From assembly GCA_027364665.1 (NCBI GenBank), contig DAHXOW010000044.1, positions 1 to 38,148 on the forward strand: a stretch of DNA of 38,148 bases, written 5' to 3'. Source of the stretch: a bacterium. GTDB lineage: Bacteria > Patescibacteriota > UBA1384 > CAJBMM01. Both the position numbers and the translations under genes were made by a program. Below are positions 14,566 to 24,021 of this stretch, in pieces (position 1 is the stretch's first letter; every line of letters starts with the position of its first letter). Under the pieces are notes generated by a model, which was given only the letters and a program-made list of their open reading frames with translations, had not been told where the DNA came from and did no database searches.

Positions 14566-15986
14566 TATTCTTTAATTGTTTTTAAATGCAAGGTTTTTAA
14601 CTGTTCCGAGCCTAATTGTGAGGGCGCATTCATCATTAAATCCCGCCCGTCACCTGTTTTTGGAAAAGCTATTACCTCTCTGATTGTTTTTGTTTTAGTA
14701 AGAATCATCAAAAGACGATCAATGCCTGGAGCAATGCCACCGTGCGGAGGGCAGCCAAACGAAAAAGCTTGAAGCATGTGTCCGAAACGTTCCTCGATTG
14801 TCTTTTGATCAAGGTTAAGAGCTTTGAAAACCGCTTGTTGCTGTTGCTGATTATGAATTCTAATCGATCCTGAGCCGAGCTCGTAACCGTTTATCACGAT
14901 ATCATAACAATTTGCCCTGATTGATAACAATTCATCCTGGCTAACTTTTTCATCGTTATAAACCCGCTCCATTATTTGGTTGTATTCAGGTTTATCTTGC
15001 CAGCTAGTAAAAGGATGGTGAGCTGAGGTAATCTGCCCTGCTTTATCCAATTCAAATAATGGAAAATCGATGATAAAGGCAAAGGCAAGTTCGTCTGGAT
15101 CCTCGGGGTTTTTTCTTAGGTCAGGTTTATCGCTGTGATATTTTTCCATCGTCTGGTCCCAAGTTAGCACCGGAAAAGGAGAGGTGATTTTTTTCTCAGG
15201 AGTTATTGATTTGACAAGCTGGCTAAACATTTTTTCGCTTAAATCAAGGATATCCTTTTGTTCGACAAAGCTCATCTCCAGATCTAGTTGAGTAAATTCC
15301 GGTTGCCTGTCGCCCCGAGAATCCTCGTCTCTCATACATCTGGCAATCTGATAATACCGCTCAAAACCGGCAACCATCAATAATTGTTTGTATTGCTGAG
15401 GTGATTGAGGTAAGGCATAAGCGAAGCCGGCTTTATTACGTGACGGCACTAAATATTCTCTAGCGCCTTCCGGAGTATCTTTTGTAAGCATCGGCGTCTC
15501 AATCTCGATAAACCCTTCTTTATTCAAGTAATCTCTCAGAAAACTAATAACTTTGTGTCTCAAACTTAATCTTTGCCACATAATTGGTCGTCTCAGATCG
15601 AGATAGCGATATTTTAATCTGACTTCTTCATCTATTTCAGAATCATCATTAATTTCAAATGGCGGGGTGTTTGCCCTTGATAATATTGTGATTTCAGATA
15701 TTTGTAATTCAATTCTACCTGTTTTTAAGTCGTGATTTATTAATTTCTCGGCTCTTTTTCTAATGATTCCGCAGACTGTCAAAACGTCTTCTCGGCTTAT
15801 CGATTGTTCTTTTATTTTTTCCACAACCGCGCTCTCAAAAGCCACTGCCTGTATTAGACCGCTTCTGTCACGAATATCCAAAAAAACCAGTTTACCATGA
15901 TCGCGTCTTGATTGAACCCAGCCGGAAATAGTAACTGGCTGGTCTATTAAATCAAGTGTTTTCTCGATAAAGATTCGTTTTTCCAT
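14565..15986 (-). CDS. aspS: Aspartyl-tRNA synthetase, bacterial type but lacking the GAD insertion domain
   Basis: OB-fold N-terminus (GWVQSRRDHGKLVFLDIRDRSGLIQ), motif 2 region ARCMRDEDSRGDRQPEFTQLDLEMSF, then HHPFTSW, GSGSIRIH and PPHGGIAPGIDRL. Only 473 aa. Confidence 0.93.
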   Translation of the reverse strand: MEKRIFIEKTLDLIDQPVTISGWVQSRRDHGKLVFLDIRDRSGLIQAVAFESAVVEKIKEQSISREDVLTVCGIIRKRAEKLINHDLKTGRIELQISEITILSRANTPPFEINDDSEIDEEVRLKYRYLDLRRPIMWQRLSLRHKVISFLRDYLNKEGFIEIETPMLTKDTPEGAREYLVPSRNKAGFAYALPQSPQQYKQLLMVAGFERYYQIARCMRDEDSRGDRQPEFTQLDLEMSFVEQKDILDLSEKMFSQLVKSITPEKKITSPFPVLTWDQTMEKYHSDKPDLRKNPEDPDELAFAFIIDFPLFELDKAGQITSAHHPFTSWQDKPEYNQIMERVYNDEKVSQDELLSIRANCYDIVINGYELGSGSIRIHNQQQQQAVFKALNLDQKTIEERFGHMLQAFSFGCPPHGGIAPGIDRLLMILTKTKTIREVIAFPKTGDGRDLMMNAPSQLGSEQLKTLHLKTIKE

Positions 15987-16014
15987 AATTTTCCTCGATC
16001 CTGTTTGGATTGTT

Positions 16015-18300
16015 TTATCTTATAACCGCTTTTAATTTGTTCTTTAGATTTTCTTCAATGTTTTGGATAATTACGTTGATTTCTTCATTTTGTAAAGTGC
16101 GTTTTTCGTCGGAGAATTCTAAATGAAAAGCCAAAGATCTGAAATTGTTTTGTCCGTTATAATTATCAATCTCATCAAAAAGACTGATTTTGCTAATCAA
16201 CGATGATTGTTTTTCAATCATCTTAACAACGGTTCCGTAATCAATATTTTTGTCTAAGACAATGGCCAAATCGCGTTTAATTTTTGGCAAACGACTATAT
16301 GCTTTAAAACGACCGTTTTGTTTCTGTTGATCGTTTAATAATTGCATGTCTAGTTCCCAAGAGAAAATCCATATCGGTGCCTGCCAAGTGGCTTTAAATT
16401 CTCCGACTGCAGTTTTTTTGTAATTAATGACGGTCTTAGTTTGATCATTTGTCTGAAAAGTAATTAACCGGTAATCCAATCCTAAACGATGAAAGATTAT
16501 TCCTAAAAGATTTTTGGCTTGAGCTTGTTTTGCGACCAATGCCGCGGCGAACTTTAATGGCTGATCTTTAACATAAATATGGCCGACCTCAAAACAACCG
16601 AAATCATTAAACCCTTCACGATACTTTTTTATGGTCAATTGGATTAAGCCATCTGTTAAATTTTGACGCATGAATTTTTTATCACCGATTGGATTTGCTA
16701 AGCGGATCGCATCTTTGTTTCCCAAGCTGACCATGCTGCTTGTCTGAACTTCGTACAGAAATTCAGCGGCAGTCTTTCTAACAATCTGAAAATCCTGTTT
16801 GAGTGACCATTCTTTTGTTTGGTCATATAACAGGCTTGGTAGTGTCCTGGGGATTTCTTCGTATCCGTAAATTCGGGCAACTTCCTCAGCGATGTCTTGC
16901 CAATCCCTGACATCTTGTCTCCACCACGGACAAATGATGTTTAAGTTGCCGTCTGCTATTTCAATGTCAAAGTTTAGATTTTTCAGAATAGTAACGATTT
17001 TTTGGTCATCAATATTTTTACCGAGTAATGAACGGATTTCCGCCGTTTTTGTTTTTATGTTGACTCTGTCCTGCTTGTCATCGCCGGTAATTCTCAAATC
17101 AATCAATTGCCCGTCGGATAAATCAAGAATGAGCCGCAGTGCTTTATTAAAACCGTTGATTGCCGCGGCAGTTGAAAGTCCGCGCTCAAATCTGGCACTT
17201 GCTTCAGTCCTAATACCAAAAGATTGCGACGTTCGCCGAATATGAATTGGGTCAAACAAGGCACAGGTTAAAAGTATTTGTTTTGTTTGATCCGATATGG
17301 CTGTTTTTTCTCCACCGATTATTCCTGCTAAATCGAGTGGCTTTTCAGAATCAGCAATAACCAGATCGGTTTTCTTTAATTTGTATTCCCGATGGTTTAA
17401 AGTTTGAACCGTTTCATTCTCCGCGGCATAACGGACACTGACTTTATTTCCGGTAATCGTTGAAGCATCAAAAGCGTGAGTCGGATAACCTTCTGTCAGC
17501 ATTACATAATTCGTGATGTCTGTTGCCAAATTGATTGTTTTAATTTGGTTGTCAGTCAAAAATTCTGTTAGCCACTTGGGACTAAATTTGTTTGAGGGTA
17601 AATTAATCAACGCGGTCAAAAAAAGCCGACAACCATCAGTCGCTTCAATCGATGCTTGAATATTGGGTGACCTAAGTTCTTTTGGGGATTCTAACTCTTC
17701 GGTGTTTATCTTTTGTCCTAGAATAGCAGCTAATTCTTGTTCTATGCCACGATAGGACAATAAATCAGACCTGTGGGCTGTTCCTTTATCGTCTGTTTCG
17801 ATGATTTGTTTTACAGGAAAAATTTTCTCTAGAGGTAGGCCAAGCGGTGTGTCAGGAGGTAAAATCATTACTCCGTGACTTGCCGATTCGCTTAAACCTA
17901 ATTCGTCCTCTCCGCAAAGCATACCTTCCGAAGTGATTCCCCGGATCGTTTGCCGGCTGATGGTAGTCATTTTTCGTGAATCTATTTGGGTATTAATATC
18001 TTGTCGGTTTACTGTAATGACACTGGATCCAACCGTTGCCACAGCCACTTTGTCATTTTCATGAACAGTAGCGCTTGTTAGGATTGTTAGAATTTTTTCT
18101 TTGATTGATACTTCTAATTGATTAAGTCGATCGGCGTTTGGATGTTTTTTGACTGAAATGACCTGACCGGTTATTACCCCGCTTGCTTTTATGCCAACTG
18201 GCAATATTCTTTCGACTTCCTGTGTGTGGCTAGACAGCAAATCAGCTGTTTTTTCGGGGCTATCAGCTTTAATTTTTAAATGCTGGTAAACAAATTTCAT
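16015..18300 (-). CDS. pheT: Phenylalanyl-tRNA synthetase beta subunit
   Basis: tRNA-binding OB domain (VKKHPNADRLNQLEV), B3/4 and B5 regions, and a C-terminal FDX-ACB domain (FDEIDNY...RSLAFHLEF). It overlaps pheS by 4 nt. Confidence 0.95.
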   Translation of the reverse strand: MKFVYQHLKIKADSPEKTADLLSSHTQEVERILPVGIKASGVITGQVISVKKHPNADRLNQLEVSIKEKILTILTSATVHENDKVAVATVGSSVITVNRQDINTQIDSRKMTTISRQTIRGITSEGMLCGEDELGLSESASHGVMILPPDTPLGLPLEKIFPVKQIIETDDKGTAHRSDLLSYRGIEQELAAILGQKINTEELESPKELRSPNIQASIEATDGCRLFLTALINLPSNKFSPKWLTEFLTDNQIKTINLATDITNYVMLTEGYPTHAFDASTITGNKVSVRYAAENETVQTLNHREYKLKKTDLVIADSEKPLDLAGIIGGEKTAISDQTKQILLTCALFDPIHIRRTSQSFGIRTEASARFERGLSTAAAINGFNKALRLILDLSDGQLIDLRITGDDKQDRVNIKTKTAEIRSLLGKNIDDQKIVTILKNLNFDIEIADGNLNIICPWWRQDVRDWQDIAEEVARIYGYEEIPRTLPSLLYDQTKEWSLKQDFQIVRKTAAEFLYEVQTSSMVSLGNKDAIRLANPIGDKKFMRQNLTDGLIQLTIKKYREGFNDFGCFEVGHIYVKDQPLKFAAALVAKQAQAKNLLGIIFHRLGLDYRLITFQTNDQTKTVINYKKTAVGEFKATWQAPIWIFSWELDMQLLNDQQKQNGRFKAYSRLPKIKRDLAIVLDKNIDYGTVVKMIEKQSSLISKISLFDEIDNYNGQNNFRSLAFHLEFSDEKRTLQNEEINVIIQNIEENLKNKLKAVIR

Positions 18301-19286
18301 ACCAATTGCTCCAAGAATCTCGGATCGTTTCTGGTAAATTCCCTGATATCTTCAACCCCGTAATAAAGCATTGCGAATCTCTCGACACCTAATCCGAAGG
18401 CCAGCCCATGGTATTCTTTTGGGTCCAAACCGGCGCTTGCGATGATTTCCTGATCGGTAATGCCACAACCTAGCAGCTCAAGCCAGCCTTTGTAACCGCA
18501 TGACCTGCAACCCCGGCCGGTGCAACTGAAACACTTCATATCGATTTCTGCTCCTGGCTCTACAAAAGGAAAAAATGAGGGACGAAAACGTAATTCAACA
18601 GGACGCAAAAAGAAATCCTGAATCAATTGGAATAAGACACCTCTTAAATCAGCAAAGGTCAGGTTCTTTGCTACCGCAAATCCGTCAAATTGATGAAATT
18701 CGCTTAAATGGGTTGCGTCTTCGGCTTCGCAACGATAGATTTTTCCTCCCTGCACAAATGCGAACGGAGGATGATTATTTTTGATTAGATTTTGTTGAAA
18801 AGCAGTGGTGTGAGTTCTTAAAACACGTCCGTCGACGGTCCAGAAAGTATCCTGCATATCTCTGGCCGGATGGTCTTTGGCAATTTGCAGGAATTCAAAA
18901 TTATTATCTTCATTTTCTATCTCAGGAGATTGTGCGGCAACAAAACCCAGTCTTTCACTAATTTGATATAGTCTGGCAATGCTTGTTTCGATAGGGTGTT
19001 GATGGCCGTGAGCGGTTAAATCGGCTGGTAAGGTCAAGTCGATCGACGGTTGGTTAGAAGATGTCTTAATCTGTAAGAGATAATTTAGTCGGTTCTTGAT
19101 GATTTTTGCTTTTTCCCCGACAACTTTTCTTTCGTCTGTTTTCAGGGTGGTAATTTGTTTGATCATCGTTGAAAACTTTCCGTTTCGGCCGAGGTATTTA
19201 TGATACAAAACCGCTGCATCTGCGCCGTTATTTATTTCGTTTTCTGCTTCAACTAGTAAATTGTCAAACTGATCTTGATTAATCAT
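18297..19286 (-). CDS. pheS: Phenylalanyl-tRNA synthetase alpha subunit
   Basis: HPARDMQDTFW, class II motifs FRPSFFPFVEPGAEIDM and GLAFGLGVERFAMLYYGVEDIR. Confidence 0.95.
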   Translation of the reverse strand: MINQDQFDNLLVEAENEINNGADAAVLYHKYLGRNGKFSTMIKQITTLKTDERKVVGEKAKIIKNRLNYLLQIKTSSNQPSIDLTLPADLTAHGHQHPIETSIARLYQISERLGFVAAQSPEIENEDNNFEFLQIAKDHPARDMQDTFWTVDGRVLRTHTTAFQQNLIKNNHPPFAFVQGGKIYRCEAEDATHLSEFHQFDGFAVAKNLTFADLRGVLFQLIQDFFLRPVELRFRPSFFPFVEPGAEIDMKCFSCTGRGCRSCGYKGWLELLGCGITDQEIIASAGLDPKEYHGLAFGLGVERFAMLYYGVEDIREFTRNDPRFLEQLV

Positions 19287-19659
19287 TGTTGCTCACTGGT
19301 ATTCTTACTCTAAAAAACATTTCAAATAAAACCGCTGCCGATATAGTAAATATGATATCCAAGGCACTTAATATTCGCATTGATTGCAAACCAAGCAACA
19401 AGACTGTTACCGCACCCAAGATTACGCCTTGTCTTACGGATATTAAAGGCGAGGCCTGCCGGAATGACAGTATCGAATATCTGGTCAAAATTAAAGCTAT
19501 AAAAGCGTATAGACTAGATACGGCGCTAAACACGGCTACAAAAAATAGCTCCTTAACATGAGTATTGATCGTTAAAGGATTAGTGGTTGTAGTTATGAGA
19601 TAGATAATAAAAACTGAAATTGCCAAGATCGACAACAGTAAGAAACGTAAAGTATTCAT
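19279..19659 (-). CDS. Hypothetical small integral membrane protein (about 4 TM segments)
   Basis: 126 aa, almost entirely hydrophobic helices (LLLSILAISVFIIYLI, LFFVAVFSAVSSLYAFIALIL, GVILGAVTVLLLGL, IIFTISAAVLFEMFF). Its stop overlaps the pheS start by 8 nt. I recognise no family. Confidence 0.55.
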   Translation of the reverse strand: MNTLRFLLLSILAISVFIIYLITTTTNPLTINTHVKELFFVAVFSAVSSLYAFIALILTRYSILSFRQASPLISVRQGVILGAVTVLLLGLQSMRILSALDIIFTISAAVLFEMFFRVRIPVSNND

Positions 19660-19672
19660 AACAGGTTCTACT

Positions 19673-19987
19673 CTACCATGTTTTTATTGTTTGTGATATC
19701 TTTTCCGCATATTCCATTCCCGTATCCTCGATTAATTCGAAGTTGGGAATGATTTTTAGATTAAGGTGTTTCTTAAGGTTTTTTCGTAATTCGGGTAGAG
19801 ATTGCTTCAGGCTGCTTAAATTCCCCGGTTGTTTATTGAGAAAACTTAACCAGACCCTTGCCTTAGTCAGATCGTTTTGAATTTCGAGCTTTGTCACACT
19901 GACAAAAATATCCGGAAACTCGCGTTGCCAGTACAAACTGAGTTCTCTAGTAAATTGTGAATTTAATTTGTCTAAACGATTCGACAT
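19673..19987 (-). CDS. rbfA: Ribosome-binding factor A-like protein
   Basis: The pattern R..KLNSQFTRELS......E.......VTKLEIQNDLTKARVWLSFLN...........L....LRK.L.K.L.LKIIP.F..I.D follows the RbfA KH-like consensus. 104 aa. Its start shares 1 nt with the rpsI stop (TAATG). Confidence 0.7.
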   Translation of the reverse strand: MSNRLDKLNSQFTRELSLYWQREFPDIFVSVTKLEIQNDLTKARVWLSFLNKQPGNLSSLKQSLPELRKNLKKHLNLKIIPNFELIEDTGMEYAEKISQTIKTW

Positions 19988-20394
19988 TAACGTTTGGAGA
20001 ATTGGTGACCGCGTCTGGCGCCATGCAGTCCGTATTTCTTGCGTTCTTTTTCTCTGGAATCTCTGGTCAGTAAACCGCTTTTTTTGAGAGTTGCTTTTAA
20101 TTCATCGTTCATTTTCAATAAAGCTCTGGACAGTCCGTGACGGATAGCTGACTTCTGACCCTCTTTGCCTCCTCCGTGAACATGAGCACTTAGGTCGACC
20201 TTTCCCAGCAAATCAACGCTTTCCAGTACTCTGTTATATTCCTGATCGGCATCAACTTCTTGCTCGTTTAGAATAAACTTACCGCTACCGCTAGACAATC
20301 TTACTGCCGCAATCGCTCTTTTTCTTCGGCCCACACCTGTATAATACTGCACTTTTTCTTTGACAACACTATCGTTTTTTGGATTACTTGGCAT
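19987..20394 (-). CDS. rpsI: 30S ribosomal protein S9
   Basis: GGGKEGQKSAIRHGLSRAL and the C-terminal ARRGHQFSKR are S9 hallmarks. It follows rplM. Confidence 0.95.
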   Translation of the reverse strand: MPSNPKNDSVVKEKVQYYTGVGRRKRAIAAVRLSSGSGKFILNEQEVDADQEYNRVLESVDLLGKVDLSAHVHGGGKEGQKSAIRHGLSRALLKMNDELKATLKKSGLLTRDSREKERKKYGLHGARRGHQFSKR

Positions 20395-20785
20395 GATTTC
20401 CCTCGATGTTCGCTTTGTGTGGATGTTCCGCTCCCGGATAGACCCTTAGTCTGCTAAGCCAAACCGATCTCTGTTTGGTTTTTGGCAGCATACCCGAGAT
20501 TGCTTTTACAATTATTTGTTCAGGCTTGGTTTGCCGTAAATCTTTAACAGAAGTTGACTTTAAACCTCCGGGATAATTTGAATGTCTCCAATAAACTTTA
20601 TCTTCTTCCTTTTGGCCGGTTAAAACTACTTCTGAGGCGTTGATAATGACAACCAGATCGCCTACATCTGCGTAACGCCTGAAAGCGGTTTTATGTTTAC
20701 CTCTTAAAAGAATAGAAGCCTGGGTGGCGATTTGGCCAAGCACCGCTCCTTTTGCGTCAATCAAATGCCAATTTCGTTCATTCAT
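20384..20785 (-). CDS. rplM: 50S ribosomal protein L13
   Basis: WHLIDAKGAVLGQIATQASILLRGKHK and GMLPKTK...L.VYPGAEHPH match L13. Confidence 0.95.
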   Translation of the reverse strand: MNERNWHLIDAKGAVLGQIATQASILLRGKHKTAFRRYADVGDLVVIINASEVVLTGQKEEDKVYWRHSNYPGGLKSTSVKDLRQTKPEQIIVKAISGMLPKTKQRSVWLSRLRVYPGAEHPHKANIEGNHAK

Positions 20786-21264
20786 TTCTTAACTCTTTTT
20801 GCTTTTTTTTCGACAGCGGTCGTTTTCTCGGCTTCCTGATCAGACTTCTTATCTTGTTTTTTTTCAGCTGTTTTTGTCTGGTCAGCGTCGTCAGTCGACT
20901 CTTCGACAACTTTTTCTTCGGCTGGTGCATCAATTAATTCGATTGTGGATATCTCAGCCCCATCGCCCAACCGAAATCCCAGACGAATTATTCTAGTATA
21001 ACCGCCTTCTCTTGATTTATAACGGTCAGCTAGCACTTCCAGAATTTTTTGCACCGCCTTTGGCTCGAAAACTTGCGCTAACAATCTGCGCCTACTCGAC
21101 AAAGAGGCTGATTTTCCGGTGTTGATCAGGCGGTTGACTAACGGCGCAACCATTTTAGCCTTGGCAGTGGTAGTCGTGACTCTTTCATAGATAATCACCG
21201 ATGCGGCTAAGTTGGATAATGTGTGTTCTCGATGTGCTTTTTTACGGCTAAGTTTGGAAATCAT
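20782..21264 (-). CDS. rplQ: 50S ribosomal protein L17 with a charged C-terminal extension
   Basis: The L17 core is TTTAKAKMVAPLVNRLI...REGGYTRIIRLGFRLGDGAEISTIELID. A ~45-aa K/E/D/T-rich tail follows. Confidence 0.93.
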   Translation of the reverse strand: MISKLSRKKAHREHTLSNLAASVIIYERVTTTTAKAKMVAPLVNRLINTGKSASLSSRRRLLAQVFEPKAVQKILEVLADRYKSREGGYTRIIRLGFRLGDGAEISTIELIDAPAEEKVVEESTDDADQTKTAEKKQDKKSDQEAEKTTAVEKKAKRVKK

Positions 21265-21270
21265 TGCTAA

Positions 21271-22200
21271 CTACCCTCGTATTTTGTTTATTTCTGAAAG
21301 AGCTTTAGGTCCAAGCCCTGGAATTTCCTTTAATTCTTCATCAGGAACGTTTTTTAATTCCTCAATATTATGAATTCCGTTGTCAATTAAAATGCCGCTG
21401 ATTTTTGAGGATAATCCAGCAATTTCAAACTCGCTTACGTTTTGCTTTTCCTGATCGTTTGTTTCGGCTGGTTTTTCATTATCGTTCGCTTCGCTAACCT
21501 GGCTCATATTCTTACCTTCAGAGTAATTAGCTAACAACTGGAACTGGTCGACAAGAATTGCTGCGGCTTCCTGAAATGCTTTTTTAGTCGAAATACTCCC
21601 GTCGGTTGTCACGGACAAATCGAGCTTGTCGTAGTTAGTCATTTTGCCGACACGGGTGTTTTCAACCTCAACACTCACCGCAATAACTGGAGAAAACAAA
21701 CTGTCTACAGCAATTGTTCCTAACGGTTGGTCAGTAGATTGTCGTCTTTCAACCGGATCATATCCACGTCCATAATCAACCACAACTTCCATTGATAAAC
21801 TGCCGGCTTTGTCAATCGATGCGATGTGCAAATCAGGGTTAGCAATTGTTACCTGGCTATTTGCTTTGAAATCGGCCGCAGTGACTTCCTTTGGTCCTTT
21901 AACATCCATTTTTAAAGTCAGGGGTTGATTCGTCTCATGCATGACTAAGCGCAGGGATTTGAGATTTAAAATAACTTCCACCAAGTCCTCTTTAACTCCG
22001 TTGACTACTGAAAACTCATGCGATGCTCCCTCGATCCGTACGGCAGTAACAGCTGCTCCTGGTAGTGATGATAATAGAACGCGCCTCAAAGCATTTCCAA
22101 CAGTGTGGCCATAACCGGGAAAGAGAGGTGAGACGGTGAAGATAGACGTGCGATCGTCAATCACCTTTTCCTTAACGTTCGGTAAAATTATCTGTTCCAT
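21271..22200 (-). CDS. rpoA: DNA-directed RNA polymerase alpha subunit
   Basis: N-terminal domain VSPLFPGYGHTVGNALRRVLLSSLPGAAV. C-terminal HhH domain IEELKNVPDEELKEIPGLGPKALSEI. Confidence 0.95.
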   Translation of the reverse strand: MEQIILPNVKEKVIDDRTSIFTVSPLFPGYGHTVGNALRRVLLSSLPGAAVTAVRIEGASHEFSVVNGVKEDLVEVILNLKSLRLVMHETNQPLTLKMDVKGPKEVTAADFKANSQVTIANPDLHIASIDKAGSLSMEVVVDYGRGYDPVERRQSTDQPLGTIAVDSLFSPVIAVSVEVENTRVGKMTNYDKLDLSVTTDGSISTKKAFQEAAAILVDQFQLLANYSEGKNMSQVSEANDNEKPAETNDQEKQNVSEFEIAGLSSKISGILIDNGIHNIEELKNVPDEELKEIPGLGPKALSEINKIRG

Positions 22201-22221
22201 TGTCTGATTCCTTTCAATAAA

Positions 22222-22815
22222 TTATCTCGAATAATATTCGACTATTAGTTGTTCTTTAATTTCCGGATCAATATCTTCTCTTTTGGGTAAATTCGTCACA
22301 GTCACCTGCTGATTTTTTTTGTCCGCAGATAGCCAACCAGGTAGCTGCTCGAAAGTTACTTCTTTGAATAAATCGGTCTTTTTTCTTGGGATTACGATAT
22401 CATTTGCTGATAAACCGAACGATGGGACATTGACTTTACGACCGTTGACTTGGAAAAAACCATGGCTGACTAACTGTCTTGCCTGGGGTCTTGAAATAGC
22501 GAAACCGGCTCTATAAACCAAATTATCCAGACGCGTTTCGAGTAGTTGGAGCATTCTTTCCGCAGTATTTTCTCTGGACACTGTTGCTTGGTGATAATAG
22601 CCACGGAACTGACTCTCTGTAATACCGTATTGATGTCTGACTTTCTGTTTCTCTTGAAGCTGTCTGGCGTATTCTGACATCTTACGGGGATTAGCTGCGA
22701 TTGCAGCGCCGACAGAAACAATTGAAGGGTTTTTAGCTCTTAAACTTTTTTCTCTCAAGAACAAACGCTTGGCAGATTTACGATAACGCGGTGCTGTTGG
22801 TAATTTTTGCGACAT
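22222..22815 (-). CDS. rpsD: 30S ribosomal protein S4
   Basis: YGITESQFRGYY and the S4 RNA-binding domain LDNLVYRAGFAISRPQARQLVSHGFFQVNGRKVNVPSF. Confidence 0.95.
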   Translation of the reverse strand: MSQKLPTAPRYRKSAKRLFLREKSLRAKNPSIVSVGAAIAANPRKMSEYARQLQEKQKVRHQYGITESQFRGYYHQATVSRENTAERMLQLLETRLDNLVYRAGFAISRPQARQLVSHGFFQVNGRKVNVPSFGLSANDIVIPRKKTDLFKEVTFEQLPGWLSADKKNQQVTVTNLPKREDIDPEIKEQLIVEYYSR

Positions 22816-22827
22816 TTATTGTTTCCT

Positions 22828-23211
22828 TTAATTCCGTCGTGGTTTTTTTGGTCTGACGCCGTTATGAGGTATCGGTGTTTTGTCATTAATAGCCAGAATC
22901 TCGATCCCAGAATTTCCTAAGGCTCGGATGGCGGATTCTCTGCCGGCTCCGACGCCTGAGACATGGACTATTGCTTCTTGCATCCCAACCGCTTTAGCAC
23001 GGTCCAGGACGCTAAGCATGGCTGTTTGAGCGGCGTATGGGGTGGATTTTTTGGCACCCTTAAAGCCGGATGATCCGCTTGTAGACCAACCGATAACATT
23101 ACCAGAGTTATCCGAAACACTGATTATTGTATTATTGAACGTCGATTGGATACTAATAATACCTTTGGGAATATTTTTTTTAACACGGCTTTTTTTTGTT
23201 TGTGTAGCCAT
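22828..23211 (-). CDS. rpsK: 30S ribosomal protein S11
   Basis: [30 protein letters not shown] and the C-terminal [17 protein letters not shown]. Confidence 0.95.
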   Translation of the reverse strand: MATQTKKSRVKKNIPKGIISIQSTFNNTIISVSDNSGNVIGWSTSGSSGFKGAKKSTPYAAQTAMLSVLDRAKAVGMQEAIVHVSGVGAGRESAIRALGNSGIEILAINDKTPIPHNGVRPKKPRRN

Positions 23212-23219
23212 TTTTTTCC

Positions 23220-23606
23220 TTATGTCTTCTGTGCCGCTGGTTTACGGCCGGATCCGACTGTGATTCTTTTACCACGTTTTGCCCGCGAATTAGTTCTGGT
23301 TCTTTGCCCTCTTACAGGCAGGTTTTTTGCGTGCCTGCTACCGCGATAACTGCCAATTTCTTTTAATCTCTTAATATTTTGACTTACTTGCTGTTTCAGA
23401 TCACTTTCGACAACCAGACTTTTGTCAATTATCTGTCTGATCTTTTCAATTTCTTCTTCAGTCATTTCTTTGACCCTGGGATTACTGTCGATCTTCGCTT
23501 GTTTTAGAATATCGGCGGCTTTGGCTGAACCAATTCCGTGTATGTATGTCAGAGATACGGCTATTCTCTTTTCGTTTGGAATATTTATTCCGGCAATTCG
23601 TGCCAT
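23220..23606 (-). CDS. rpsM: 30S ribosomal protein S13
   Basis: [22 protein letters not shown] and YRGSRH...[13 protein letters not shown]. Confidence 0.95.
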   Translation of the reverse strand: MARIAGINIPNEKRIAVSLTYIHGIGSAKAADILKQAKIDSNPRVKEMTEEEIEKIRQIIDKSLVVESDLKQQVSQNIKRLKEIGSYRGSRHAKNLPVRGQRTRTNSRAKRGKRITVGSGRKPAAQKT

Positions 23607-23608
23607 TA

Positions 23609-23722
23609 TTAACCCTGCCTCTGTTTATGTTTTGGATTCTGGCAAAGCACTCTAACTACGCCCTCTCGACGTATGATTTTACAGTGATTACATATTGTTT
23701 TAACTGATGGTCTAACTTTCAT
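23609..23722 (-). CDS. rpmJ: 50S ribosomal protein L36
   Basis: 37-aa ORF below the track cutoff: [37 protein letters not shown] (CxxC...C....H zinc form). It overlaps the infA stop by 11 nt. Confidence 0.92.
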   Translation of the reverse strand: MKVRPSVKTICNHCKIIRREGVVRVLCQNPKHKQRQG

Positions 23723-23966
23723 TTTGATTCTCTGGCTGTTTGTTGATCGGCAGGCGTCTGGTAATTCGTCCCTTTGTTAGGTCATAAACACTTAACTCAA
23801 CTATCACCCTATCACCAGGCAAAATTTTAATGAAATTCATTCTCATTTTGCCTGAGAGATGAGTCAAAATTGATTGGCCACTATCCAATTCGACCTTAAA
23901 AGTCGCACTAGGTAAAGCTTCCTGAACTTTGCCTTCCAGCTCAATTATCTCGTCTTTTGGAGTCAA
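23712..23966 (-). CDS. infA: Translation initiation factor IF-1
   Basis: S1-like OB fold: [64 protein letters not shown] start. Short C-terminal extension. Confidence 0.93.
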   Translation of the reverse strand: MTPKDEIIELEGKVQEALPSATFKVELDSGQSILTHLSGKMRMNFIKILPGDRVIVELSVYDLTKGRITRRLPINKQPENQNES

Positions 23967-23992
23967 TCCTTATGCCTACTTTGTTACGAAGA

Positions 23993-24021
23993 AAATATTA
24001 ACACATGCTTATTGATTTTGC
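23993..24021 (-). promoter_or_regulatory. Sigma-70-like promoter for infA-rpmJ-rpsM...
   Basis: On the minus strand: TTGCAA (24021-24016), a 17-nt spacer, then TAATAT (23998-23993). It sits about 27 nt upstream of the infA TTG, inside the only sizeable gap (247 bp) of the minus-strand array. Confidence 0.5.

Noticed and set aside
16892-17245. 117-aa plus-strand ORF (with similar antisense ORFs at 12940..13212, 14242..14526, 19286..19561 and 8801..9121)
   Set aside because: Each lies wholly inside and antisense to a well-supported conserved gene (pheT, the carboxypeptidase gene, the pseudouridine synthase gene, the 4-TM ORF, leuS). None has a recognisable motif.
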